Shown here one piece after another: positions 42,059 to 51,645 of a stretch of DNA of 64,000 nt. Where the stretch lies: the NCBI GenBank assembly GCA_041611735.1, contig JBFIML010000014.1, positions 9,921 to 73,920 on the forward strand. Direction: 5' to 3'. Positions within the stretch are counted from its first letter, which is position 1. Each line of letters begins with the position of its first letter. The position numbers and the translations under genes are program-made. Below the pieces are notes generated by a model, which was not told the DNA's origin, did not search any database, and saw nothing but the letters and a program-made list of their open reading frames with translations. This DNA is from Myxococcota bacterium (GTDB lineage: Bacteria; Myxococcota_A; UBA9160; PR03).

Positions 42059-44081
42059 GATCTCGCGCTCGCGCATCGGGGTCGCCACCTACCTGATCCC
42101 CGACGGCCCGCTGGTGGAGGAGACGCGCCTGTCGGCGCTCCAGAGCGCCGTGGAGGTCTGCCTGCGCGACCGCGAGTTCGAGCTGGTGCTCGACCTGGCG
42201 GGCGTGTCCCTGGTGAGTGGCGCCGCCCTCGAGCTGCTTCTCGACCTCCAGGACCGGCTGGCTCGCTCGGGAGGCTCGCTCCGGGTGGCCCACCTGAACC
42301 CGGTGCTGACCGACGTCTTCCGCATCACGGGACTGGCGGGACGCATCGCCATCCTCGACCGCAGCGATGCGGTGGAGGCGGCCGGCGCGCGCCTGGACGG
42401 CCGCCCCGCGCGCCGCATCGGCGAGATCCTGTTGGAGAAGGACTTGGTGTCGCCGGAGACCATCGAGAAGGCCCTGGCGCTGCAACGCCAGACCGGCGGG
42501 CGCATGGCCCAGCTCATGGTGGAGCAGGGCTGGCTCGCCGAGAAGGACCTGCTCCAGTCTCTGAGCGAGCAGCTCGGCGTGCCCTTCGTCTGGCTGCGCC
42601 CGGGCGTCTACGACCCGGCGGCGGTGACGACGATCGAGCGCGAGGTCGCGCTGCGGCTGCGGGTGGTACCGCTGTTCCAGGTCCGCGGGGTGATCCTTCT
42701 GGCCACCCCGGATCCCCAGTCGGTGCCTGCCATGGATGCGGTGGAGGACCTGACCGGCTGCAAGGTGAAGCCGGTCCTGGCCTGCTCGGAGGAGATCCGC
42801 ACCACGATCGAGGAGGCCCACAGCGGCAAGCAGGACCTGGCCGAGTACATCGGCGACCTCCAGGGCGACCTCGAGCTGGTGGAGAGCCGCTCCGAAGACG
42901 AGGGGTTGATCGATCAGCTCGCCTCCGGCAGCCCCGTCATCAACCTGATCAACGGGGTGATCCAGCGCGCGGTGCGAGACGGCGCCAGCGACATCCACAT
43001 CGAGCCGTCCCGCAGCCGCACCCGCATCCGCCTGCGCGTGGACGGCGTGCTGTATCCGATCATGGCGCCTCCGATCGAGGTGCACTCGGCCCTGGTCTCG
43101 CGCCTCAAGGTGATGGCCAGCCTCGACATCGCCGAGCGCCGCCAACCTCAGGATGGGCGCATCCAGGTAATGACCCAGGGTCGGGCGGTGGACCTCCGCT
43201 TCAGCTCCCTGCCGGGGATCTTCGGCGAGAAGATCGTGCTGCGCGTGCTGGACAAGAACCGCTCCATCCTGGAGGTCGGAAAGCTCGGGCTGGCAACCCA
43301 CAACGAGGAGCGCTTCAAGCGCCTCTTGAGCCGCAGCTACGGCCTGCTCCTGGTCACGGGACCGACCGGGAGCGGCAAGACGACGACTCTCTACGCGGCC
43401 GTGAATCATCTGACCAGCGACGAGAGGAACATCGTCACCATCGAAGACCCGGTCGAGTACCAGATCGATGCCATCAACCAGAACCAGGTCCGGGACCAGA
43501 TCGGCCTCAGCTTCGCCAAGATGTTGAAGCACGTGCTGCGTCAGGATCCCGACGTGATCATGGTGGGCGAGATCCGGGAGCGCGAGACCGCGGAGATCGC
43601 GGTGCAGGCCGCCCTCACCGGGCACCTGGTGCTCTCCACCCTGCACACCAACGACAGCATCGGTGCAATGACGCGGATGCTCGACATGGGTGTCGAGCCC
43701 TTTCTGCTCTCGTCGGCGCTGGTGGGTGTGGTGGCCCAACGGCTGCTGCGCCGGGTCTGCTCGGAGTGCGAGACCAGCTACGTGGCTCCGCCGGAGCTGC
43801 TGGAGCCCTACGGCATCCACCGCGGCGAGAAGATGCGTCTCAAGCGGGGACGCGGCTGCTCGGCCTGCTACGACTCCGGCTACCGGGGCCGCATGGCGAT
43901 CCACGAGCTGCTGGAGAGCGACGCCGAGCTGCAACGCCTGGTGGTGGCGAACCCCTCCCGGGACCAGCTCGAGCAGTACATGCGGAGCAGGCAGCTGAAG
44001 ACGCTCCTGCACGACGGCGTGGAGCGCGCCCTCCAGGGCCAGACGACCCTCGAGGAGGTCCTGCGCGTGGTGAACGCGTGA
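42051..44081 (+). CDS. PilB/GspE-family assembly ATPase with N-terminal STAS and MshEN domains
   Basis: GASDIHIEP, GPTGSGKT, LRQDPD, STLHTN, two CxxC zinc motifs; RIGEILLEK MshEN; STAS-like N-terminus. Confidence 0.93.
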   Translation: MAEISRSRIGVATYLIPDGPLVEETRLSALQSAVEVCLRDREFELVLDLAGVSLVSGAALELLLDLQDRLARSGGSLRVAHLNPVLTDVFRITGLAGRIAILDRSDAVEAAGARLDGRPARRIGEILLEKDLVSPETIEKALALQRQTGGRMAQLMVEQGWLAEKDLLQSLSEQLGVPFVWLRPGVYDPAAVTTIEREVALRLRVVPLFQVRGVILLATPDPQSVPAMDAVEDLTGCKVKPVLACSEEIRTTIEEAHSGKQDLAEYIGDLQGDLELVESRSEDEGLIDQLASGSPVINLINGVIQRAVRDGASDIHIEPSRSRTRIRLRVDGVLYPIMAPPIEVHSALVSRLKVMASLDIAERRQPQDGRIQVMTQGRAVDLRFSSLPGIFGEKIVLRVLDKNRSILEVGKLGLATHNEERFKRLLSRSYGLLLVTGPTGSGKTTTLYAAVNHLTSDERNIVTIEDPVEYQIDAINQNQVRDQIGLSFAKMLKHVLRQDPDVIMVGEIRERETAEIAVQAALTGHLVLSTLHTNDSIGAMTRMLDMGVEPFLLSSALVGVVAQRLLRRVCSECETSYVAPPELLEPYGIHRGEKMRLKRGRGCSACYDSGYRGRMAIHELLESDAELQRLVVANPSRDQLEQYMRSRQLKTLLHDGVERALQGQTTLEEVLRVVNA

Positions 44082-44088
44082 GGGCGCC

Positions 44089-45204
44089 ATGCCCCTCGAG
44101 ATCCCTTCGGCCGCCGCGCCGGCGCCGCGCTCCGGCTCGGCCCGGCGCCCGGCCGCTTCGCGCCGTGCCCGGTTCGGCGCGAAGGAGCGCATGTTCTTCA
44201 CCGAGCGCCTCGCCCTCCTGCTCGACACCGGCGTCCCCCTGCACGCGAGCCTGGAGACCCTGAGCCGCCAGGCGCAGGATGCGGAGACGCGCCGCATCTT
44301 CGGCAGCGTGGCCGACGACGTGGCCTCCGGCCTCTCCTTCGCGCGCGCCCTGGGCCGGCATCCGGGAGCCTTCCCGTCCACCTACGTAAATCTCGTGGAT
44401 GCCGCGGAGCGGGGCGGCTTCCTGCCCCGGGTCCTCGAGCGGCTGCGCGCCATGGACGAGCGCCGCGAGGAGCTGCGCTCGGTCCTGTGGGCCGCCTTCT
44501 CGTACCCGGTCTTCCTGGTGTTCTTCTCGACCGCCGTGGTGGTCTTCGTGCTGGTGGTCGTGTTCCCGAAGTTCGCGGATCTCTTCCAGGAGATCCGGGA
44601 CGCCCTGCCGCCCACGACGCGTCTGTTCATGGCCCTGAGCGACCTGCTGCGTCACCAGTGGCCCTTCGTGCTCGGCGGGCTCGCTGCCGCCGGGGCCGGC
44701 CTGCTGGCCTGGCTGAGACGGCCGCAGGGGGCGGAGTTCGCGGAGCGCGTGCTGCTCGGAACCCCCGGCCTGCGCACCGTGGTGGTCGAGCTCCAGCTCG
44801 TGCAGTTCCTGAGCGTGATGAGCCTTTCGCTCGGGAACGGCGTCCCGATGCTCGACGCCCTGCGCGCCTGCCGGGAGATCGTGCCCGGCCGCCGCTTCCG
44901 GCGCTTCGTGGAGCGGCTCGAAACCAGCGTCACGGAGGGGCGCGGCGTCAGCCCGGCGTTCCAGAGCGAGAGGTTCCTGCCGGCCCTGGTGCCGCAGATG
45001 ATCGGGACCGCCGAGGAGAGCGGAAGCCTGGCCGCCGTGATGGGGCGGGTCGCCGACTTCTACGAGCGCGAGCTTCGCAAGCGGCTCCAGACCCTGGCCA
45101 AGATCGTGGAGCCGGCGCTGCTCGTGGTGATGGGGGCGGTGGTGGGGCTGATCGTGGCCTCCCTGATCCTGCCCATCTTCAAGCTGTCCCGGACCGTTCG
45201 CTGA
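44089..45204 (+). CDS. PilC/GspF inner-membrane platform protein
   Basis: LLDTGVPL, AAERGG, AFSYP, AEESGSL, IVEP..LILPIF. Confidence 0.93.
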   Translation: MPLEIPSAAAPAPRSGSARRPAASRRARFGAKERMFFTERLALLLDTGVPLHASLETLSRQAQDAETRRIFGSVADDVASGLSFARALGRHPGAFPSTYVNLVDAAERGGFLPRVLERLRAMDERREELRSVLWAAFSYPVFLVFFSTAVVVFVLVVVFPKFADLFQEIRDALPPTTRLFMALSDLLRHQWPFVLGGLAAAGAGLLAWLRRPQGAEFAERVLLGTPGLRTVVVELQLVQFLSVMSLSLGNGVPMLDALRACREIVPGRRFRRFVERLETSVTEGRGVSPAFQSERFLPALVPQMIGTAEESGSLAAVMGRVADFYERELRKRLQTLAKIVEPALLVVMGAVVGLIVASLILPIFKLSRTVR

Positions 45205-45230
45205 CCCCCTGGGGACGCCCACTCACCGGC

Positions 45231-45258
45231 TCAAGTCGCGCCCGACCAGGGCCGATAG
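45231..45258 (+). promoter_or_regulatory. putative sigma28-family promoter of the major pilin
   Basis: TCAA-N16-GCCGATAG. Confidence 0.6.
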
Positions 45259-45309
45259 GCAGGGGGCTCCGGCGCCTGCAGGCCGCCGGCAACAGGATGG
45301 GAAGGAGCC

Positions 45310-45813
45310 ATGAAGCAGATCGAGATCCTCCGGCGCCGCGAGCGCGGCTTCACCCTGGTCGAGCTGCTGATCGTCGTGATCATCCTCGCAATCCTGGCGG
45401 CGATCGTGGTGCCCCAGTTCACGGCCTCCACCAGCGACGCCCGCGAGGCGGCGGTCGACAGCACGCTGCAGAACATGCGCTCCGCCATCGACCTGTACCG
45501 GCAGCAGCACGACGCCTACGCGGCGAACGGGGCCGACGTGACCGATCAGGCCGCGGCCACCACGCTCTTCTTCGACCACATGCTCAAGTACACCAACGAG
45601 ACCGGGGGCGTCAGCGCCACCAAGAACGCGGCTTTTCCCTACGGCCCCTACCTGCGCAAGAAATCGCTTCCCAGCGTGAAGGGCAGCGAAACCCTCGTGA
45701 TCAGCAATAGCACCACCGTGCCCCTCGACGTCTCCACGGGGACCGGCGGCTGGATCTACTCCTGGGAAACCGGCCAGTTCATGGCCAACCATCCCGACTA
45801 CCAGGATCGCTGA
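45310..45813 (+). CDS. major type IV pilin / pseudopilin
   Basis: Class III signal RG|FTLVELLIVVIILAILAAIVVP; SD AAGGAG; own promoter candidate. Confidence 0.92.
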   Translation: MKQIEILRRRERGFTLVELLIVVIILAILAAIVVPQFTASTSDAREAAVDSTLQNMRSAIDLYRQQHDAYAANGADVTDQAAATTLFFDHMLKYTNETGGVSATKNAAFPYGPYLRKKSLPSVKGSETLVISNSTTVPLDVSTGTGGWIYSWETGQFMANHPDYQDR

Positions 45814-45933
45814 TCGGGGTCGAGACGTGTTGTGCGCGCGACCGCCGTCCGCAGGAGGCTGGCATGACACGGAGGGCGCTCGCGTTCCCTGACGGCGCAG
45901 CCCGCGCGACGCGGGCCGGACCCGGGTGGGATC

Positions 45934-47163
45934 ATGCCGGCTGACTCCTCCCCGGATGCATCGTCCGAGACCCAGCCGCAGGCCGCCGGCCTGTTGCGGC
46001 CCCTGTTCCACGCCTGGTCCACCACCCGCTTCGCAGCCGACGACCTGAGCTCCTACGCCGAGCGCCTCATGATCGAGGAGACGCGCCGCGGCCTGATCGC
46101 CATGGCGGCGGTCTTCCTGATCCTGCTGGCGGCCTTCGCCCTGGTCTCCGCCCGGCTCGAACTGGATCGCTCCTACGTGTACACGAGCGCGGCCCTGGGC
46201 GCCCTGGCCATCCACGTGTGTTTCGCAGCCCGGGCCATCCACGAGATCCGCACCCTCCACGTGCTGGGCATGACGCTGCTGGTCATCAGCGGCTCCTCCT
46301 TCGTCCTGCTGGCCCACCGCGCGGGCGGCTTCGGGGCGGCCCTCTTCAGCGCGGTGGTTTTGCTCTACATGGTGGTCCCCATGGTGCCGTGGGGGCTGCG
46401 GGAAGCCTCCATCGTCACCATGCTGATCTACGGACTCTTCTCCTCCTCCATCTGGAGCGTGGCGGAGCGCTTCGATGCCCAGACCGCGTGGGCGCTCCAG
46501 GTCTTCATGCTGACCGCCGGGGCCGTGAGCCTCACGCTGGTCGCGCGCGGGGCGAACGTGCGTAAGGCCGACATCCGCGCCCGCTTCGATCTGGAGAGTG
46601 CGCACCGGGAGCTCGAGCGCCTGAGCCGGGAGGACCCGCTCACCGGCGCCTGGAACCGCCGCTTCCTCGAGTCGGAGTTCCCGGCCTTGCTGGAGCGGCT
46701 GCGCAAGGCGCAGCACAACGGCTACTTCGCCCTGCTGGACCTGGACCACTTCAAGCAGCTGAACGACACCTGCGGGCACGCCCACGGCGACCGCGTGCTG
46801 CAGCTCGTCGGACAGGTCTTCCGGGAGCACGTGGCGGAGACGGGGCACCTGGTCCGGACCGGCGGCGACGAGTTCACCCTGCTCACCGAGGGAGAGGATC
46901 CGGAGCCCACCATCGCCGAGGCCGTCGAGGCGGTGCGGGAGGCTGCCGGCGGGGGCCCCGGCGCCCCGCCCTTCTCCATCAGCGTGGGTCTCGTCGTGCT
47001 GCCGCCCGGGGCCACGGTCAGCCTCGAGCGGGCCTATCGCCGTGCCGACCAGGCCTTGTATCGGGCCAAGGCGCGGCGCGACCCTCAGGCGGGGAGCAGC
47101 CGCGTGGTCCGCGTCGGCTTGTCCGCCCGCTCGGCGTCTCTCCCGGCAGGCGAAATTCGATGA
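45934..47163 (+). CDS. membrane diguanylate cyclase (GGDEF)
   Basis: About 6 TM; DPLTGAWNRR, DLDHFKQLND..GH..GD, GGDEF. Confidence 0.92.
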   Translation: MPADSSPDASSETQPQAAGLLRPLFHAWSTTRFAADDLSSYAERLMIEETRRGLIAMAAVFLILLAAFALVSARLELDRSYVYTSAALGALAIHVCFAARAIHEIRTLHVLGMTLLVISGSSFVLLAHRAGGFGAALFSAVVLLYMVVPMVPWGLREASIVTMLIYGLFSSSIWSVAERFDAQTAWALQVFMLTAGAVSLTLVARGANVRKADIRARFDLESAHRELERLSREDPLTGAWNRRFLESEFPALLERLRKAQHNGYFALLDLDHFKQLNDTCGHAHGDRVLQLVGQVFREHVAETGHLVRTGGDEFTLLTEGEDPEPTIAEAVEAVREAAGGGPGAPPFSISVGLVVLPPGATVSLERAYRRADQALYRAKARRDPQAGSSRVVRVGLSARSASLPAGEIR

Positions 47164-48272
47164 CGACGGCCACGCTCTGGAGCGCGCTGCGTCGACGCCT
47201 GGACCCCGGCGGCCGCGCTCCCATCGGCCTCGTCCTGGACGGGAATCGCATCGAGCTCCTCCAGCTCGAAGGCTCGCCGCAGCAGCCGCGCGTGCGGGCC
47301 TGCCTGACCCTGGACCGAGCCGACGGCGGAGAGCTCCTCCCCAGCCGCGATGCCCTGCGAAGCCTGCTCGGCCCGCGCCTGCGCCAGACGGGCTTCCGGG
47401 GGCGCCGCACGGTCACAGCCATGCCGGCGAGCCAGGTCAAGCTCATGGTGGTGAACTACGGCCTCGAGTCGAACCGCGACGAGGCGGAGCTCATCCTGCG
47501 TCTGGTCGCCGAGCGGGTGCCGCAGCCCCTCGCGCAGTGCGTGGTGGACTACCTGCCGATCCGCACCGCCAGCGAGAGCGAGAAGTCGGCGCTGGTGGCC
47601 GTGGCCCAGCGCGAGAACGTGATCGGCTATCTGGAGCTCTTGCGCGCGGCCGGGCTTCAGGTGGAGGCGCTCGAGATCGAGCCGGTCGCCATGCGCCGCC
47701 TCGTGATGCGGCTCTCCCAGGACGAAGCGAAGGAGAACATCCTGGTCCTCAACGGGGGCGCGACCCGTAGTGACCTCACCGTGTTCTGGGGGCGGCGCCT
47801 GATCCTCTACCGGGAGCTGGAGTTCGGCGAGTCGCGAGCCGTCGAGCGTCTGAGCCGGACGCTCGAGATGAGCCCCGAGTCGGCGGTTTCGGTGCTGCGG
47901 GAGTACGGCTTCCGGTCGCCGGTATCGCCAGCGGACCTCGGGGGCGGTCCTCCGCCCCACGAGATCAGCCAGGCGGTGCGCGAGATCCTGAAGGCCGAGT
48001 TCGACCGGGTGGCCGAATCGGTGCGCAACGCCCTGGCCTACACCGCCTCCCGCACGCGCGGCGGGGCCGTGGACGCCGTCTACCTGGTGGGGAGCATCGT
48101 GCGCTGGCCCGAGGTGGAGCACGTGCTGCAGGAGCGCCTCGCGCTCCCGGTCGAGATCCTGGATCCGCGCGCGGCCTTCGATCCGAGTCGCGCCGAGCTG
48201 GGCTCTGCGGCGCCGGCGCCCTCGGCAATCGTGGCGGGCCTGGCCCTGCGAGGGGTCGGCCATGAGTCATGA
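47160..48272 (+). CDS. pilM: PilM-like actin-fold pilus assembly protein
   Basis: PIGL, VVDYL, AAGLQVEALEIEPVA, terminal GLALRG. Confidence 0.82.
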   Translation: MTTATLWSALRRRLDPGGRAPIGLVLDGNRIELLQLEGSPQQPRVRACLTLDRADGGELLPSRDALRSLLGPRLRQTGFRGRRTVTAMPASQVKLMVVNYGLESNRDEAELILRLVAERVPQPLAQCVVDYLPIRTASESEKSALVAVAQRENVIGYLELLRAAGLQVEALEIEPVAMRRLVMRLSQDEAKENILVLNGGATRSDLTVFWGRRLILYRELEFGESRAVERLSRTLEMSPESAVSVLREYGFRSPVSPADLGGGPPPHEISQAVREILKAEFDRVAESVRNALAYTASRTRGGAVDAVYLVGSIVRWPEVEHVLQERLALPVEILDPRAAFDPSRAELGSAAPAPSAIVAGLALRGVGHES

Positions 48273-48909
48273 CATCGACCTGATCCCGGCGGACTACCGG
48301 GCGTGCCTGCGCTCCCGGGAGTGGCTGCGGCGCATCGGCTTCGCCTACCTCGCGCTGGGGCTCGGCCTCGGACTGGCGCGGGCCGGCGTGGCCTGGGAGA
48401 CCCACGGACGCAGCCGCGAGAATGCCCGCATGGAGGCGGTGGCCGCCGCAGCGCAGGAGCGGCGCGCGCACCTGGAGGGTCTGCGCCAGCGGCGCAGCGA
48501 GCTCGAGAAGCAGCTCGCCCTGCTCGAGGGGCTGCGCGGCGGGGTCGAAGCGCGCCGCATGCTCCAGGCCGTCGATCGCGCCCTCGACGAGAACGTCTGG
48601 TTCGTCGACTGGAAGTTCCGCCGCGCCGGAGCGCTCGTCGACCGGGAACCGAACGCCGTCGCCACCGGCTACTTCCTGGTCGTGCCGGCCGGCAAGAAGG
48701 AAGAAGGACCCAAGGCCTGGCGCATGGACACCCACATGGAGATTCGCGCGCGGGCCGTGGACCACTCGAGCCTGGCGAACTTCGTGAGCCGGCTGGTGGC
48801 GCAGCCGGAGGTGGAGAGCGTCCGCGTGCTGAACACGCGGGTGCGCCCGTATCTCGAGGCGCAGGCCGTCGAGTTCGAGCTGGCGGTGGTGGTGAGGGGA
48901 AGGGCGTGA
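48262..48909 (+). CDS. pilN: PilN-like protein
   Basis: IDLIP N-terminal motif (cf. INLLP), TM, coiled coil, NVWF. Confidence 0.8.
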   Translation: MSHDIDLIPADYRACLRSREWLRRIGFAYLALGLGLGLARAGVAWETHGRSRENARMEAVAAAAQERRAHLEGLRQRRSELEKQLALLEGLRGGVEARRMLQAVDRALDENVWFVDWKFRRAGALVDREPNAVATGYFLVVPAGKKEEGPKAWRMDTHMEIRARAVDHSSLANFVSRLVAQPEVESVRVLNTRVRPYLEAQAVEFELAVVVRGRA

Positions 48910-49478
48910 CGGCCCCCTGGCTGGAGCAGCTGCAGGTGCGACCCGAGGCCCTCTTGGCCTCGCTGGCGGCAGGCGCCGTGATGCTGGGGCTCACGGGCTA
49001 CCTCTACGTGCTCCAGCCCGCCCTGCGCGAGCTCCGCGAGCTCCGGGAGCAGGGCAGCGGAGCGCTGCTTGCCGAAGGCGTGGTGGCCGAGGTGGGCGCA
49101 GCGTCCATCGAGCGTCTCGAGCGGGAGGTCGAGGCGGTCCGCGAGCGGCTCTATGGAGCCTCCGGCCAGGTGGCCCCGGACCGCATGGAGGCCTGGGTGA
49201 TCAACGGCCTCGATCGCCTCTCGCTCCGCCACGGGGTACAGCTGGTGAGCGTCGCGCCGGAAGGGCCGAGGCCGGTGCTCGTCTTCGACGAGCTTCCGGT
49301 GCAGGTGCACGTGCAGGCCGGGTACTTCGATCTCTTCGCCTGGCTCACCGACGTGGAGCAGGAGCTGCGTCCGCTGGTGGTGAAGGAATTCGCCTTGAGC
49401 GGTACGGGCGAGCCGGGTCGCGTGTCGTTGCAGTTGCGTCTGGTCTCGTTCCGACCGCGGAGCGAAGGGGCGTCATGA
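48906..49478 (+). CDS. pilO: PilO/GspM-like protein
   Basis: One TM; ELPVQVHVQAGYFDLFAWL resembles PilO; gene position. Confidence 0.75.
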   Translation: MTAPWLEQLQVRPEALLASLAAGAVMLGLTGYLYVLQPALRELRELREQGSGALLAEGVVAEVGAASIERLEREVEAVRERLYGASGQVAPDRMEAWVINGLDRLSLRHGVQLVSVAPEGPRPVLVFDELPVQVHVQAGYFDLFAWLTDVEQELRPLVVKEFALSGTGEPGRVSLQLRLVSFRPRSEGAS

Positions 49479-49873
49479 CGGGCGGACCCACGAAGCTCGG
49501 CGCCGTGCTGCTGGCGCTGGGGCTCTTCTCCCTGCCCGGGCGGGCGGAGGATGCCGCGCCGGCAACGGGTGCCCCGGGGCTTCCCGCCGAGCCGATTCCG
49601 ATGCTGCGCTTCAACCCCTTCGTCCCGCCCGCCGTGCTGGGGCGCGGCGGGGGCGAAGTGGCCGGCGCGCCGGGCTTCGGCGCTTTCCCGCGGCTTACCG
49701 GGACGCTGGTGGCGGGCCCCCAGTCGCTGGCCAACCTGGGCGGATGGATCCTCGGCCTCGGGGAGGAGGCTCACGGCTACCGGCTGGTCGAGGTGCGCGA
49801 GGGCGAAGCGGTCTTCGAGCGGGACGGTCGTCCGCTGGTGCTGCGTGTGGACGACGAGGAGGCGGCGCCGTGA
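49475..49873 (+). CDS. PilP/GspC-like protein
   Basis: Signal peptide, RFNPF, LTGTL..A, GEE..GYRLVEV; between pilO and secretin. Confidence 0.7.
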   Translation: MTGGPTKLGAVLLALGLFSLPGRAEDAAPATGAPGLPAEPIPMLRFNPFVPPAVLGRGGGEVAGAPGFGAFPRLTGTLVAGPQSLANLGGWILGLGEEAHGYRLVEVREGEAVFERDGRPLVLRVDDEEAAP

Positions 49874-51225
49874 TCCCGGCAGCGCGCCTCGCCCTCGGTC
49901 TGGCGCTAACCCTGACGCTGCTGGCGGGTGGGGTCGCGCAGGCGGAGCCCCTGCGTGTCTCCGGGGGCCAGGGTCGCCCCCTCACGATCGTCTTGCGCGA
50001 GGTCCCGCTCTCCGAGGTGTTCCAGATGCTCTCCCGGAGCGAGCACGTGAACATCCTGCTGGGCGCCGGGGTCACCGGCAGCGTCTCCGTAAACCTCTAC
50101 GAGGTGAGCCTCGACCACGCCATCCGCTCGGTGGCGGAGGCGGCCGGCTTCGTGGCCGAACGCCGGCGTGGCAGCTACATGATCCTGAAGCGCGAAGACG
50201 CCGGTCGCGACTCCGCAGACGGCAACACCGCCATCCGCACCTTCAAGGTCCAGTACTCGGACCCCAAGGCCGCGTCCGATATCGTGAGCAAGCACCTCTC
50301 CCGCTTCGGGGACATCACGGTGATGGGAGACCGCCGACTGCTGGTGGTGGAGGACCAGCCGGACTTCCTGGAACGGGTGGAGAGGCTGCTGGAGGAGATC
50401 GACCAGGAGCCGCGGCAGATCCTGATCGACGCTCGCATCCTGGAGATCACCCTGGACGAAGCCGAGACCTGGGGCATCGACTGGAGCAAGGCCTTCACCC
50501 TGGACGACGGCGGTGGGAGCTTCGGCGTGAAGGGGCTCGCCTCCAAGACCGCGCCCGGCTTCTTCGCGGACGTGGTGAACTCGAACATCGAGGTGACCCT
50601 GGACGCCCTGGACGAGCTCGGCCGGGTCCGCACGCTGTCCACGCCGCGGCTTCTCGCCCTCGAGCATCAGGAGGCGGAGGTGGTAATCGGCGACCGGCTC
50701 GGATTCCGGGTCACCACCACCATCAACGAGGTGACCACGGAGAGCGTCGAGTTCCTGGAGTCCGGCGTGATCCTCAAGTTCACGGCCTCGGTGGACCGGA
50801 AGGGGCGCATCGTGCTGGACGTCCACCCGGAGGTGAGCACGGGAACCATCAACGACGGCTTGCCCTCCCAGACCACCACCGAGGTCACGACCCGCCTCAT
50901 CACCGAGGACGGCGAAAAGGTCTTCATCGGGGGCCTGATCAAGGACCGCTCCACGCACAATCGAAACGGTGTGCCCTACCTGATGGACATCCCGGTCCTC
51001 GGCTGGCTCTTCACGCGGCGCGAGAAGATCGACGTGATGACCGAGACGGTCGTCCTGATCACGGCCCATCTCGCCAGCGGGCGCACCCGGGAGTTCACGC
51101 GCCAGCCGGCGGAACGGACCGAGAAGGTGGGCGACGGCCTGCAGGCCGACCGCGACCGGCTCGAAGAGTACTTCGACACCCACGAGCCGTTGCGGCCCGA
51201 AAAGCCCGCCGCCCCGGCACCCTGA
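49870..51225 (+). CDS. secretin (PilQ/GspD/MshL family)
   Basis: QILIDARILEI, WGIDW, LSTPRL, VFIGGLI, GVPYLMDIPVLGWLF. Confidence 0.94.
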   Translation: MIPAARLALGLALTLTLLAGGVAQAEPLRVSGGQGRPLTIVLREVPLSEVFQMLSRSEHVNILLGAGVTGSVSVNLYEVSLDHAIRSVAEAAGFVAERRRGSYMILKREDAGRDSADGNTAIRTFKVQYSDPKAASDIVSKHLSRFGDITVMGDRRLLVVEDQPDFLERVERLLEEIDQEPRQILIDARILEITLDEAETWGIDWSKAFTLDDGGGSFGVKGLASKTAPGFFADVVNSNIEVTLDALDELGRVRTLSTPRLLALEHQEAEVVIGDRLGFRVTTTINEVTTESVEFLESGVILKFTASVDRKGRIVLDVHPEVSTGTINDGLPSQTTTEVTTRLITEDGEKVFIGGLIKDRSTHNRNGVPYLMDIPVLGWLFTRREKIDVMTETVVLITAHLASGRTREFTRQPAERTEKVGDGLQADRDRLEEYFDTHEPLRPEKPAAPAP

Positions 51226-51226
51226 C

Positions 51227-51249
51227 AAGCCCGCCACCGACGCGGGCTT
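51227..51249 (+). terminator. hairpin after secretin
   Basis: AAGCCCGC-N7-GCGGGCTT immediately after the stop. Confidence 0.5.
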
Positions 51250-51345
51250 CCGGAGCCCGGTTGCGCACGGGCTGCCACACGGCGCGCGCCCGAGCCTGCC
51301 ACGCGGGCGGCGTGTTCCGCCACCTCCCCCTTCGGAGGTGGCGCC

Positions 51346-51630
51346 ATGCCCTTCGCAGTCCGAGCGCTCCTGCTGGCCGGCAGCCTGCTCATGCTCGCCG
51401 GGCCCGCCGGCGCCGGCGTGCCGAGGGCCTGCGTCCACCCGCAGGCCGACCGCCTGCGCTGCGCCATGGAGACGCGCCGGGAGCACCTCGACCTGCTGCC
51501 CACGCAGCGCCTTCGCGAGCTGCGCCAGCAGTTCGAGCGGCTGGCAGCCGAGGCGCCCCTGCAGGACCTGGAGCGCAACCTCCTGCTCGAGGACATCCGG
51601 GAGATCCTGCTGCACCGGCCGGTCCGCTAG
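51346..51630 (+). CDS. small hypothetical secreted protein
   Basis: SD GGAGGT, signal peptide ..PAGA, two Cys. Confidence 0.65.
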   Translation: MPFAVRALLLAGSLLMLAGPAGAGVPRACVHPQADRLRCAMETRREHLDLLPTQRLRELRQQFERLAAEAPLQDLERNLLLEDIREILLHRPVR

Positions 51631-51645
51631 CGTCCGGTCCGCCCG

